This document shows positions 46,191 to 61,400 of a stretch of DNA of 64,000 nucleotides, piece after piece. Numbering within the stretch: position 1 is the stretch's first letter; each line of letters starts with the position of its first letter. Source of the stretch: the human T2T-CHM13v2.0 reference genome, Homo sapiens; NCBI GenBank assembly GCA_009914755.4, contig CP068257.2, forward strand, positions 38,720,001 to 38,784,000. The letters are read 5' to 3'. A model generated the notes under the pieces. The model was not told the DNA's origin and searched no databases. It worked only from the letters and a program-made list of their open reading frames with translations. The position numbers and the translations under genes are program-made.

Positions 46191-47347
46191 GCACAAGTGT
46201 GAGACGGCAAGGCATGGGCAAGCGGAGGTACAACCAGAGTGGGGCAGAAGCCATGAGCACAGAAAGAAATTTAACCTAAAGGTTCAACAGAGCTGGGGTG
46301 AGGAGAAGAAGATGCCAGGTATTGATTCTGAGGGACCTATGGGGTTGGGGTGGCCTTGGTAGAACAAAGGAGTTGGGGTAGGGGAGATTCTGTTTCAGAA
46401 AAGATAAGAGCTCAGCTGTGAGCATGCTGAGTCAGTTAAAATCAAAAAAGTCAAGCTGCAGACAGGGCGTTGGAGACCAAACTATGCTTGTTGAGGAGAA
46501 GCCCTTCATGAGAACTGAAGTTTAGTAACTCCCCAGGAAGGGGAGTGAAGGAAGGCGAGTGAAGGAAGAAGGCCAAGAAAAGACCCAGGAAAGGAGTGAG
46601 AGGAGGCATGGAGGACACAAGCCAGTGTGGCGCTAAGAAAGCCAGGGGAGGAGAGGACTTCTAAAGGATGCTGCAAAGGGCCTCAGCTCCCTGCCTTCCT
46701 ATTGCCATAGCCTTGAGTACATATACAACCTGTACAAAGGGGCAATATTGCCTTTTTGGGAAAATCATGATATTAAATAAGAACATCCATGTAAGAACCT
46801 GACAGAGAAAAGCACTTTAGAGTAGCTCTAATCTGTAATAAAATATGATAAAATATTCTTGCTGAACCAATAAAAATATTAAGTGTCTAAGAGCTAGAAA
46901 TGCACAAAATTGAGTTAAAGAACACTCCACGTCATTACCAAATGACATAATAGAAGCCCTGGATAAATGAAGAGGCATATCCAAATCTAGGATTAGTCAA
47001 CTTAATATTGCAAAAATGTCACCTTTTCACAAGTGAAATGAATTACGTTTTAATTAATTGCTGAACAAAATTTACTTAGAACTTGAACAAATCAATGTAA
47101 ATTAAAATGAGAGATTCTTTTCATACAGGAGATTAGAACAAAAAATAAAATGTTTGAAAATAAGTGGTCTTGACAAAAGGTATGGGAAATAAAAACCTCT
47201 ATAGGTGGGCATGTAAATTGGTGAAGCCTTTTGATTTTTGAAGGGCAACTTGCCAGTATATTTCAAGTGTGAGACTTGCATACTTTTCAATCCCTCTTGC
47301 AACGTCAAAGATTATCCTATGGAAAAACTCAGAAGTGCACACTTTGA

Positions 47348-47795
<448 letters not shown>

Positions 47796-49614
47796 CTATA
47801 CTCTGCAGTTACATAAAAGACAGTAAGGTATATGTACACATACCCTGCAGAAAAATCTCCACTACATAGTCTAAAGTGGTTACATAACAATCTGTAATGT
47901 TATGTACCAAAGGCAGTGGTATATGAATAAATTTGTGTATGCAAATGAACAGAGAGGCCTGGATCAGCAGATATCTGCCCAAATGTTAACTGTGGTTGCC
48001 TCTGAAATCATGAGTGGATTAGAGGAAGGGGAGGAGAAATTATGTTTCATTTCCCACTGTCACGTATTTGAGTATCTTAAAAGAAGACTCTATTAATGTG
48101 CTTCTTGGGTAGTTAAAATGTATTTTGGAAAAAGATGTCAGTGGGTGGTGAGCATATGGACACAGTAGACGTAAACCAAACCCATGTAACACACAACATA
48201 GAAGGAGATAAATTTAGGATGATGTTGCTGTCGGGAGTAGATGCGTCAAAGAGGGCTTTTATTATGCTTGCTTTTCAAGCTGGTCGCTACCTGGACTTGC
48301 CTAAAAGCAGAAGGGGAGACTTTCAATATTCACCCTGGTCTTTGTATTCCCTCCCCTCCAAATACCTCACACAAAAGTTGAATCTGCCATGTAGCTGATC
48401 TCTGTCTCTTCCTGAACTTCTGTGATAATTCCCCATTTCACACATAATTGCATCAGTCCAGTTGATTTGGGTGTCAGAGCTGCCTCCTCAAAATGGCAGT
48501 TGCCTCTCTGAAGACAAAGGGATCCTCTTGTTTGCCCCACTTACCTGCTGCCCCCAAAGGTTTGCACAGTGCTAAATTAAGTGACTGTTTAGAAGATATA
48601 CATACTTCGAGTTTTTTTCTAAAAATAGGATCAGTAAAATAAGGGATCATATTGAGGGGGCAGAGCTCTCACCATATCATTTTATTTAACCTTCTTTGGA
48701 GCCTATTATGTTTATGAGAGTATCATCAAGATATCCAAGAAATAATGAAGCCCCAGCGTGGATCTTGAGCCGCCTGGAAGAAATCATTTGGCTAGAAATA
48801 ACACCATCACATGGGGCATGAGGAATAAGCTTACAATTCTGCTGGATCCAGTATGTAAGGAGAGATTTGGTGTACATATTTTAAATTCTCTCAAAGCAAT
48901 TTCACTAAGACATTTCTTTTATGTAAATAAAATTCTCTCAGTGAAATTCTCCTGCAGTTAAATGAGGCTCAATTATACACTACTAATTTAAGCCTGCATA
49001 CTGCATTCCAACTGTATACCTAATTACCCTATTTAGTTTGTTAATGATCAGATCTTTGTGCAGATATTCAAGTCTGTCACTAATCTTTGCTCTAGTTAGA
49101 TTTCTAGTTGTTTAAAATAATGAATCCTTAGAAAGAATATAATTGTATAATTCCTTTACTTTTAAATGAATCACTTCAAGAATTTTTTATTAAAGAACCA
49201 AAGAAGCTCGTAAAACTTATAAATTGTATTTATTTATTTATACGATGAACAAGATGGTTTTGGCCACTGACATTTGAAAGCAAATATTTCAGTTGGGAAC
49301 ACAGACAAAAAGAGTACATTGACAAAGAAAATAAATCCACTCTCATAAATGCATTTACATGAATTGAGAAACAGAAGTTGACTCTAGTAAAGAGAAGAGC
49401 TGTTTAGATGGTGGGGGTTTGGAGTGGGGTGTGTATGTAAGGATTTCTGAGGACGTGCACTTCAGCAGAGCCACAGAAGGTAGGAAGATAAGAAGGGATT
49501 ATTCATGGATAAGTAGAGCTAAGAACAAGGTTAAAGGAAAAGTATGTTTGAGGCGGGAAAAACTGTGGCATATCCAAGGAACTGACACAGGATATGGTTT
49601 GAAAATAGAACTGA

Positions 49615-50119
<505 letters not shown>

Positions 50120-51753
50120 TTATAGAGATATGGAAAGGGGAAGGAAGAGAATGCTATTGGATGTGCTCGTTGTATCAGGCGGACTCATGTTTAGAAGAGG
50201 TACATCAGCATTATTTACTGTCCCACAAGATTTCTGCATTTTGGGGCTGGAAGGGAATGTGTATTTCAGGTTGACTGTCTGTTCCAGTTGTGGGTGCACA
50301 ATACAGTGCTGATTAAAAAGCAACACATACAAAAAGGAAAAAATAAGTGAAGGAAGGTCAGAGCACGGCACTTCAACCCACAGTGACTATGCTTACCTGG
50401 TCTGTGTTAGCAACCCAAAAGGAATTTAAGACACTGGGCTTATTGGCAAAACACATTGAAAATTAACTGTAAAGTTTGTCTACCTGATACAGATGGCATA
50501 GGATTATGGGAAAGAATCTGGAAAAATAGGAACCACCATAAAGAATGAAACTAACACTATGTTGTGGCCACTTAATATTATGGGATAATGGTTTTTCACA
50601 CTTTGGGTTCACCTACTAATAGGTTGTGAAATCAGTTTCATGGATTGCAGCTTTACTTTTTAAAAAAATGAAATAAAAGAGCATAGAATGTATCAGTGTG
50701 TATCAAATAGTGGTGATAAATATTCTGCAGCTTGTTTCAGTACACCTGTGCATACATAAAGTTATGTGTGTGTTTGTATATTTATGTGTGTATTTATGTG
50801 TATGCATTACTGAGTTCTAAGATAAAATGTCTTTATTCTATGTATCTCTTACTGTGAGTCAGAGCAAAAAATGTTTGAAGAGCCTTTTTCAACATCTTAG
50901 TGATGGAATTGTTACTTTTCTGACTAGGCTTCCGTTTCAAAGCAAGGCTAATCGTCTTTTAGCATCAGCTGGTATACCTTGGATTCTTAAAGTTCTCTCT
51001 TTAAATATTTCTGCATTTTAAATTAAAGATTCCTGCTTTAGCAAGTCCCCTAGTTCTTATTCCTGGTAGGGGGACTCTTCACCTGTTCAGGGCTCCTCAC
51101 CAAGACCTAGCAGCCGCCTTGGTCCTCATCTCCTTTGCCTCATCCTGACATTCAGGCCAATTCTATGTCCTATCAGTTCTATTTTCAAAGTATATCTTGT
51201 ATCATTTCCTTGGACATGACACATTTTTTCCCACCTCAAACACATGCTTTGAGACCAGCAAGTCTATAAGGCCATAGGCTTGGTTGCATTTATAATGGGA
51301 ATAGCAGAGAAAGCAGTTTATTTTTTTAAAACTGCAACATCATTTGAAGGTCTTGGATTACATTTGTTTCCCAATGACACGTGATGATGTCAAAGGAAAC
51401 TATAATGAGTTTACTGAGCTATCCATACAAATGTACATGCAAATATGTATACTTACAAGAACACGCAAGGGTAGAAACCATGTCAGATGCGGTCCCTCGT
51501 GTCACTCCCACTCCACTGCCTTTTGGTTTCAAATAGTCTGACCCCATGAGAATCTTTGAGACTGTCTTTCATGTCACAGAGCCTTGCACTGTGAGAGTAA
51601 CTCAATTCCCTAAATGACTTCCCCAGATCTAGCTTATCACAAACTCCATTGCCTTGCAATAACCTTTGTAACAAAATGGTATTAATAAAATCATGTAGCA
51701 ACTGCCCATCATATGCAGACCTAGTAATGGAATCCAAGTTACCTAAAAGGCTA

Positions 51754-52361
<608 letters not shown>

Positions 52362-53159
52362 TTATCCACTCACTGACTTAGGTGCCTCCACTAGAATTCT
52401 CAGCAGGTTTTTGCAGAAGTAAGTTATCTTCACTATTGCTCTAACACTTCTTAGTCTCCTTTTTCTTTCTTTTCTTTTTTTTTAGACAAAGGAAAAGTAA
52501 ACCGCTGGTTTAGAGTCTTTGGAAGGCAATTGTATCTGACTAGAATTTAATATTATTGTTTTTCTTTCATTGTATTGCATTTATCTGTATGGCTAGTTAA
52601 ACTGATTTTCCATTTAAAAGTAGTAATGCATTTTTTTATAATTACATTGTTTTAAGTAAACAAGAATTATTCAAAGGACAAAAACACTAGCACAGATGGC
52701 ATTCAATGATTGCAGATATCATAAAGATAGTTCATGAATGACAAAGATTTGAGAAGTACTGTGTTCACGATGCTTCCTGGAAGAGGTGGGTTATACAGTG
52801 TTTCTTAGAGAAAGGGATAGGGGTCTACTGCTAGGAGGGAAAGATGAAGCTACTTAGGGGGACTAGGAAACACGCAGTTGGCCTGCCCTCTGCTTGGAGA
52901 TCACAGCCAAGGAAACACAGGAGAGGCACCCCCTGGAGGAGCTCCGTGGGCTGCAGGGCTGACGTGGCCCAGGTAAGTGGGAGTTCAGGGAGGCCCACAG
53001 GTTGGTGCTAGGATAGTGGCAGATGATTTTCATTGTCAGACTGTGAGACAAAAGGTAGACATAAGGGAGGCAGAGGTGAAATCGGGATGGTTAAAACAGA
53101 GAATGCTGAGAGCAGAGCAAGGCAGTTGCTAAAGCTGTTACTAAAACTGGACAGCAGAA

Positions 53160-53465
<306 letters not shown>

Positions 53466-55204
53466 CAACAGAGATGGACGACGGATCGGGAAAGCCAACC
53501 AGACAGCGTGAGGCCAGGACGGAAAGAGGCACAGGGAGCTCTGCTCAGTGTCGCTACAGGGGATCTCTCAGGCTCACAACGGGCCACTCCTCTAGGGAAG
53601 TTCTGGTCTCATCATGATCCTTGTTTGGTCTCACTCCCCATGTCCTTCTCTGTCCCTCCTCCAACTGCCATTTATTTATTTAACTGAAAAAGTACCAATC
53701 ACCCACATAGGCATGACATACTCATCCATGTACCCATTTCTTAAAATTGATCATTGTTAACATTTGGTGTAATTTGCTTTATTTATTTTTAATGAAATAA
53801 ATAAAACTTTACAGAAAATGCTTTATTTTTCTCTTTGTTCCCTCCCCATCCTATATTTTTCTCCTAAAAAACCCTATTATCAGAAATATTAGTGTGTATT
53901 CCCAGTTTCGACTTTTTATTTTATTACACACACACTCCCACACATAGCTGTGACAATGAACTTCACATAGTATGGTTCTGTATTTTCTCTTTGTTTTTCA
54001 AACTTACATAAGTATTTTACTATTTCTCATGGAAAAACTCACTTTTCCCATCCAACGTTATGTTTCCTTAAGATCTCTCTATGTTGATATAAAGAAATCT
54101 AGCTCATTCTTTTTAATGAAAATAAAGTATATTTTATGAATGTAACTCATGCTAACCATGGCAATAAAAGCTCCATCAAGCATGCATTTAGTTCTGTATT
54201 TTGTTCAATGCTGTATTCCCAGTCCCTAGAACACATACAGAGTAGTGGTTCATTAAATGTTTGTCAAATGAATGAATCAATGAATCCACTCATTTCACTG
54301 CTGACAAGCAGTAAAACTGACGTCAATTTTGCACAAACTTTTACAAGATTCCTCGGCACCCACATAAGAGACGTACTAATACGTCTACCTAGAAATATAT
54401 GTATTGCATTGACAGAATTTGTGTTTTTGGTTTTGTGGGATTCTCTGAAATGCTATGTGACTTCTTAAGGGCTTGGCACATGCTGTAGGCTGTTAATGTG
54501 GCTGAGGGGTTTGGCTCTCACATGACCACTGCAGACAGGCTGTGTGCCACCTGCTCACTTTGTAAGCTTCTCGTCCCCCTCTGACAGCTCTTTGCAATGC
54601 TTTGTCTTTTCTTCAAAACTTTATATATATTTTTTTAAGAAGAAAAATCTGATAAGCCTTTGTCAGAAAAAAGTGGGTGAATTCTTCCAAGTAATAAAAT
54701 AATGCAAAGTATAAAATAAAGAGGATAAACCGATTCACAGCTAGGAATACAAGGTATCTTTGGCCAATGGGATTTTGCCTTCGTGCTTTCAAGCACAGTC
54801 ACTTTCTGTGCAAGGTTGTAAGTGTTCACCATGAGCTTTAGGTGGATCTAGCCCTGTAACAACAAATCACTAGTACCGCTGGATCAAGATTAGTGTACAT
54901 TTGTGTTTAAGCAATATCATGGTCCATTAATTACGTGCACTGCAATTTAATGGCCTTGCAGATCTTAACACTGTGCTTTTATTTCATTTTTGCCTAGGCC
55001 CGCCTCACCGCTAAATATAAATGGAATGAAGCACTTGAAAACAAAAAGTATAAAAATGTGTATATTTTTCATTGCAAAGCAATTCTTAATGGATTTTGTA
55101 AACTTTGCAAAATTAAAAGGAAAATACTGTCAGGACACTAAGCTTCTTCCCAGGTTTTCAGATTCCGAAGCTTTAGTTGAGGGCAGTTGAAGAACCTACA
55201 AGGC

Positions 55205-55445
55205 TGTTCCGGAGACCTTTGTGAATGTGAATGAACGCCCTTTGCTTCAAAGGCACCTGCCTGGTGCTGAGGAATCGGCCTTGGAGCCGCCGCCCACGCC
55301 GGGCCGCTGCGGGAGAACACTCGGTGCCCCCTGCTGGTCAGACCGAGGCCCCGCAGCGTGGCACAGAGAGCTCCACGGCACGCGTGGTGTGGGAACTGCA
55401 GGCTGAAAAACGCTCCCAGAAATGAAATAGTGAGTGCCCGTGGAT
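55205..55445. promoter_or_regulatory. Short CpG-island-like GC-rich block (about 18 CpG in ~240 bp, GC ~62%) inside a CpG-depleted intron; function unknown
   Basis: ...tccggagacc...aacgccc...aatcggccttggagccgccgcccacgccgggccgctgcgggagaacactcggtgccccctgctggtcagaccgaggccccgcagcgtggcacagagagctccacggcacgcgtggtgtgggaactgcaggctgaaaaacgctcc...cccgtgg. Not recognisable as any repeat family. The surrounding 20 kb has almost no CpG outside Alus and exons. Confidence 0.3.
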
Positions 55446-58400
55446 CTGGCACCACCTTAACACTTCCTCGTTAATAACACATGATTTTTGCTTTATTAAC
55501 CTATAAGCACTTCCTATGTTTACACTTCTTGGGTTTTGATAGAAACTCGTGATCAGCAAAATTCTTTCAATGAAAATTTGTCAAATTACTTCTCCACTTA
55601 AAAGTGGAAACAGTGACGTTTTTCTTGAACTCCACGTTTATTTATATTATTTTTTAATTTCATTTTTGCTTTACAACCATCTAATGAATTTTCTTTAGAT
55701 AAAATTCCCTCTAGGATTTTAAGATAAAATTCCCTCTAGGATTAAGTTTTGGTCATTTCTCTCATGAAATGTATGTCAGATTACATTATTTGGAACCTTA
55801 TTTTTCCATTTTTTTTTCAGGTAGTTTAATATAGTCAGTGAATCAGCAGTGAGTTGTAGCAACTTCCATTTCTGACTATGTAAAAAACTAATTATTTTGA
55901 AAACTCTCCAGGTATAAGAAACTTAGACAAGCTGCATAAATCTAACATTGACTTAAATGAACAGCAGGTTTCTCAGGTAAGGAAAGCCCTCTGGGCTCTA
56001 TAAAGGAAGAGGGGGGGTGAATACCTAACAGCAAAGATCTTGTTGATACTACCTATAATTTCCCTGTGACATTTGCACATTTAGGGGGAAAAAACATAGT
56101 TTTAACAGCAATGAGGAAATGGAAGGCTGTTAGTCCTACACAAGTCCTACACAAGAGAAGTCTGCAGAAAAGTACAACTTCACTAAAAGATTGGACCTCC
56201 AAAAAAAAAAAAACAGCCTTTGCAAATACCCTTGCCTTCCTAGCCTAAGCTTTGTGTAGGGATTATGTCTAACCATAGTACTGGCCTTGCTCTGGTTTGG
56301 GATTTGTAGTCTCACTGTCTCCAGGGTCCAGTAGACCTCACTCTAGAAAATAACATATAGTGACTTCGCTTCTAAGGACATCTGGCAGAAGCAAAGACAA
56401 ATAAATCTTCCCTGGAGGAAGGAGCACTGAGAAATGTTTACAGATGAAGCTTGACTCCTCCCTTCCAATCTTGAGCTTCCAGTACCAAACCTCTAACACA
56501 TTAGAGAACAATTTATCATAAAAAGGAGTCAGAAGAAGCAATAGAGGCCTCAGACAATGAAATAACTCGACAATGTTTACACAATAAGTATTTTAAATGT
56601 TGCAAAACTATAGAATTGAATTAAAAATAGGATAAGTGAATAAGAGTATATCATAAAAGATACAAATATTAGATAAACAATAAAATATTTGCAGAATGGG
56701 CAGAAATAAAACACATAACCCTTGACATAAATATTTATATTAGACACAGTTGGGAAAAATTAGTGAACAAGAAAATAAATCTACAGAAATTACTCAGAAT
56801 ATTTCCTAGAGAGAAAAAGAAACATATGGAAGAAAGAAAGATACATATGAAAGAAAGGTTAAGAGACTTGAAGGAGAGATAGAGGAAATCCACAGTTCAA
56901 GGAGAGGGTAGAAAAAAATGGCAGAAAAGCAATATTTGGGAAAACAATTTGGAAATTTCCCAGTATTGATAAGAACCGACAGTTTGCCAATAGCAGGCTT
57001 GCGCCTGGAACTAAAGGATGTGCTTCCAGAAAAGAAATTGTACTCAATAATGAGATGCAAAAAGAAGGGTGGAGAAAGAACGAGGTATGCGTGAGTAACC
57101 CTAAACAAATAATGACTGTATAAAGTGATAATAATGGCAAATATGATTGATATAAAAAGTTAGATGCCTCTAGAACACTGGAAGACAATTGCATTTCAGA
57201 TGGGAGGGAGATCACAGCAGATGGTATCATGAAGTCCTGTGTTTCTCGGTATGAGGTAGGTCAGCGTGCTGTATTTGTGGGTGAAGAAAAGCAATCTCTT
57301 TAGTGCTTTTGACACTTTTCCACAAATTCCATTTCACCCACATCTTAACCTGGCAGGCATCTCTTTACTGTTTGAGAAACCAGACCTTGCTCTTTACAGT
57401 TTCCATAAGGCTGTCATGGTCATTACTCTATTTAATCTTCATAGGAAAATCACGGGAGTTAAGGCCATTTTAAACCCCCCCTCCTCCACTGATAAACCAG
57501 CTGTGTTCTTTGAAAATATTTGATACAACTCTAAGCACTGCAAACTTCACATTCTGGAAAGTGTGTTCAATCCTACTAAAACCTATTACAATCCATTCAA
57601 ATGCACATACCCTATTGGAGTAGGGTGGTATAAATTCACCACTCTGGGTAAGCAAATCTTGCTTTTTAATTTCATTCCCTGTATTTTCTCCCCACATTTT
57701 CCCACTTAGTAATTGTTTATAAATTCCAGGTAGAACATGCTCATTTCATGTTGGCTTTTCTTAGCAATTCTTACAGTAAATGTAGTGTACAGTGTAACTA
57801 CCCTGTGCCATTTAGAAATGGGTGGGATACAATATGGTAAGTTTACTCTTTCCCTCAATGTAATTCAACATGTATTTAATAAAAGTAGGATATTCCTGCA
57901 TAAAAGATGAATAGAAATCCCCCGTGTTTTAAGATAATTTGCTCTCTTCTTGAGAGTACAAAAGGGTTTTCTCCAATGTACATTTTGCTCATTTTTATAT
58001 CTTCTGATAAATTATTCTCATGTCATGCTGAGAAAACTTCACTTGTCATTTGAGCAAGGAAATCAAAAGTCATTATAAATGTCTAGCATTGAAACCATCT
58101 TTCTTTCATTTCCTGACATTAAATTTTAATTAGAGAATATTCTTTTAAATAGCCAATATTTTATGAAGAGAAATAACAAAAAAGAGGACCGTTAAAAAAC
58201 AGCTAATGTTCTAAAAAAGACATCTGATTAGTGGGCACCACTTCTTTCTGGCACATTCCAAAGATATCCACTGTATTTGGCCAGTACCACAATAGATTAT
58301 AGAAAATCTATGCTGAATTACCATAATAGGATTTTTATCATTAATACTGTCCAGGTATATTGATTAAATTATTTGTTAAATTCTCCAAATCATTTTAACC

Positions 58401-61400
58401 ATATGAACCAAGTTGACAAAGAGCTTACCATCTAAAACATAAAGTACATCAGAATCTGGATTTATCTGACTCAGGTTAATGAAAAGAGTGATAAACCACA
58501 CCCTAAACTCTTGTCTTTGAAAGAAGATATAGCCTGTTACCATCGCAGAATGGACAAGTACTCTCGAGAAATCTTCATGTACACTGGCCGACTTGTTTGC
58601 CTGCATTGCTTCCTACCCAATGGCCATGCCACGTGTTCATGCATCAAGGAAGAGAAAACTTAAGAACACAGATTTGGGAAGGATGCAAAAGTGAGAGAAC
58701 AGGTGTGGACGTGAGGACACGGGGAATAAATGAGAAAGAATGTATCCTAAGAGGACGTATTGTGTGGTCAGAGCTACAAGTCTGGGTGTTTCTTCTCATC
58801 AGGCATCATTGAGAATAAGCCTCCTTGGTCACCTGCTCATCCTGTGTCTATCCATTCCCCCACCACCCCACCCTGTCCCTTTCAAATCTCCTGGAGGGGG
58901 AGCTGCACGCATGGACAGGGTGGGGCAAGGGAGAGGCTGGAGCTGTCTCAGCTTCGTTTTGCTTAATCAAGCCTCCTTTGACTATGCTTGCCCAGTTGCA
59001 TGTGCAGTGGTATTCAGACCTGCTCAGCAGGTGGATGAGTCTGATCTTAGTATTCAATCAAAAACTACATTTTTGTTCTTTTGACTCTTCTTCACTGCAC
59101 AGGGGTAAAAAGTGTGGAGTCTATCAGTCAGCTGTTAGACAGCAACCATTTTAGATGGATCCGTAATAGCCAATCAAGAGATGACAATCTCCCTTTAAAA
59201 ACTGACAGGTACAAAAATAAGACCTGAATAATTCATGGAGAGAAGGTGGATAGCCTTGGGTTAGCTGATTGCTGATGCACCCTATTCCGTGCTGTGCTCT
59301 TGGCTTCACCTTCTGATGTGGCATCCACATTATTTTCCCAGGGCTGCTGCAACAAAGTACTGCAAACCGGGTGGTTTAAATGATAGCAGGGTATTCTTTT
59401 CCATTTCTGGAGGCCAGCAGTATTATTGGCAGGTCCGTACCTACTCCAATGCCTCAAGGGAAGATCTTCCCTTCTCTCTCCCAGCTTCTGGTAGGCCTCA
59501 ATGACCCTGGATTATGGCAGCGTAATTCCAATCTCCACCTCTATCTTCACATGGCCATGTTCTCTCTGTGTTTAAGTTTTCCCTCTTCTTACAAAAACAC
59601 CAGTCATGTTGGATTAAGGGCCCATCCTACTCCAATACAACTTCATCTTAACTACTTATATCTTCAATGACCCTATTTCCAAATAAGGTCACATTCTGAG
59701 CCACTGGCGCATTAGAGCTTCAATATCATTTGAGGGGACACAATTGAATCTATTATAACATCTCAAAGCAGCTCATTCCTTGCCTACCTCAGGTAGCAAC
59801 AAGCTTAAAATAAAAGAAAGAAAACTGTATCTATGGTTCTTTGCAAGTGTAGGGAGTGGAGGGAGACCTTCTCACTATGGAAAAATATTTCAAGGTATAT
59901 AACATTTCATATTGGATGATGCAGACCGCATGAAATCATTGTGCTCCTTAAACAATCCCTGAAGGTCCAACCATACCAGCAAATGCTGCAATATAAATAA
60001 TATTCACAAAGACAGGTGAGAGCTATTGCCTTACCAGGGGCTGGACTCATGGCTGTTAGAATGAGCAGCAATGAGTATTCTATTCACTCACTTTGGCTTT
60101 AAATAAGAAGCCAATTTTACGCTTAAAAATCGCTGAGTGCATAAACACAAACATATAGAAATCTGGAGGGAGGCTAAATTTTACACAGTCTACCCACCTG
60201 CTGTTTGAAATAAGAGTGCTATAGTTAATGTAAATTACGTGCAAAGAATGCAGATTGAGAAGATTAGAGAACCATCAACTTAGTTTGATCAAATGATACA
60301 ATGTGCTTGAAAGTAATTTAATACAACCATAGAGCATTTCAATGTTTCTTTCTTTGGAAGGGGACTTTTTAAAATTTTATCAGTTTCATACTATGATTTA
60401 TCCTTCTCTCCAGGGTTGTTCATACTGTGGAGTTTTTCTACAGGTTAGCGTAAGCTTGAGCAGTGTCAGTGACAGGATGTCTCCCCACTGGTGCATGATG
60501 ATTTCTCCTACAGTGTCCCACATAGCATCAGGTATGTTCACTCAATACATACTTGCTCACTGCAAATATTTAGAGAAGTGTATTACCACATTGCTGTTAT
60601 CGGAAATTTCTCGTTGCAAAAATTAGAAGATTGCTAACTACAAAAATCTCATTTTGAGTATGGTATGTTGACACAATTTGCACAGACTAGGCATTAGAAT
60701 GTGACTCTGGGTCATCTCACACGCCAGGAAGTTTGGCTAGCCCCTTCTTTCTTCCCAGAGAGAAAGCACCTCTCCAAGGGGGAAGCAGATGTGAAAAAGA
60801 GCATGGAGTTCGGGCTGTGGGAACCACGCCGGTGAAATACCCACCTGAGGCTGAGTCTTCATAAGGTAGTTGCCTTGACCAGTCTTTTCAAAAGTCATTT
60901 CTTATTTCCTTCATTATCTCCATGGTTATTCTACATATCCTCGTCTGGCATCCAACACACATCTTAAATCTCATATTCAAATATTGGGTAAATGAGAGGA
61001 ATTCCTTTATTTTAATCCTCAGTACTTCCTGAACATGCAAACCTATTAGTACTATAAAAATTAATGCCTATAAGTGATATTTATGTACAGGTATTAAGAA
61101 TAATAATCATGTATTATTCTAGTGTGGGTTAAAGATAAACAGTGTTTGATAAATATTTGGAAAAATCTAAGAGCAATAAAACAAGCCTCAAATAGTCAGA
61201 TCAGAGGTTCATCTATAGGCCACACTCTTCCTAAAATGATATGTATTTTTTAAATAGTTATAGGATGAGAGTGGATTAGAAAATGGTACTCCTGTAAAGC
61301 ATATATTTTCAACGATTTCCTAAGAAACTAACCAACACGACGTAGAAAGTAATAATCACATGAATTTATTGTAAGTATCCTTCGAGGTCAGAAAGAAGGG

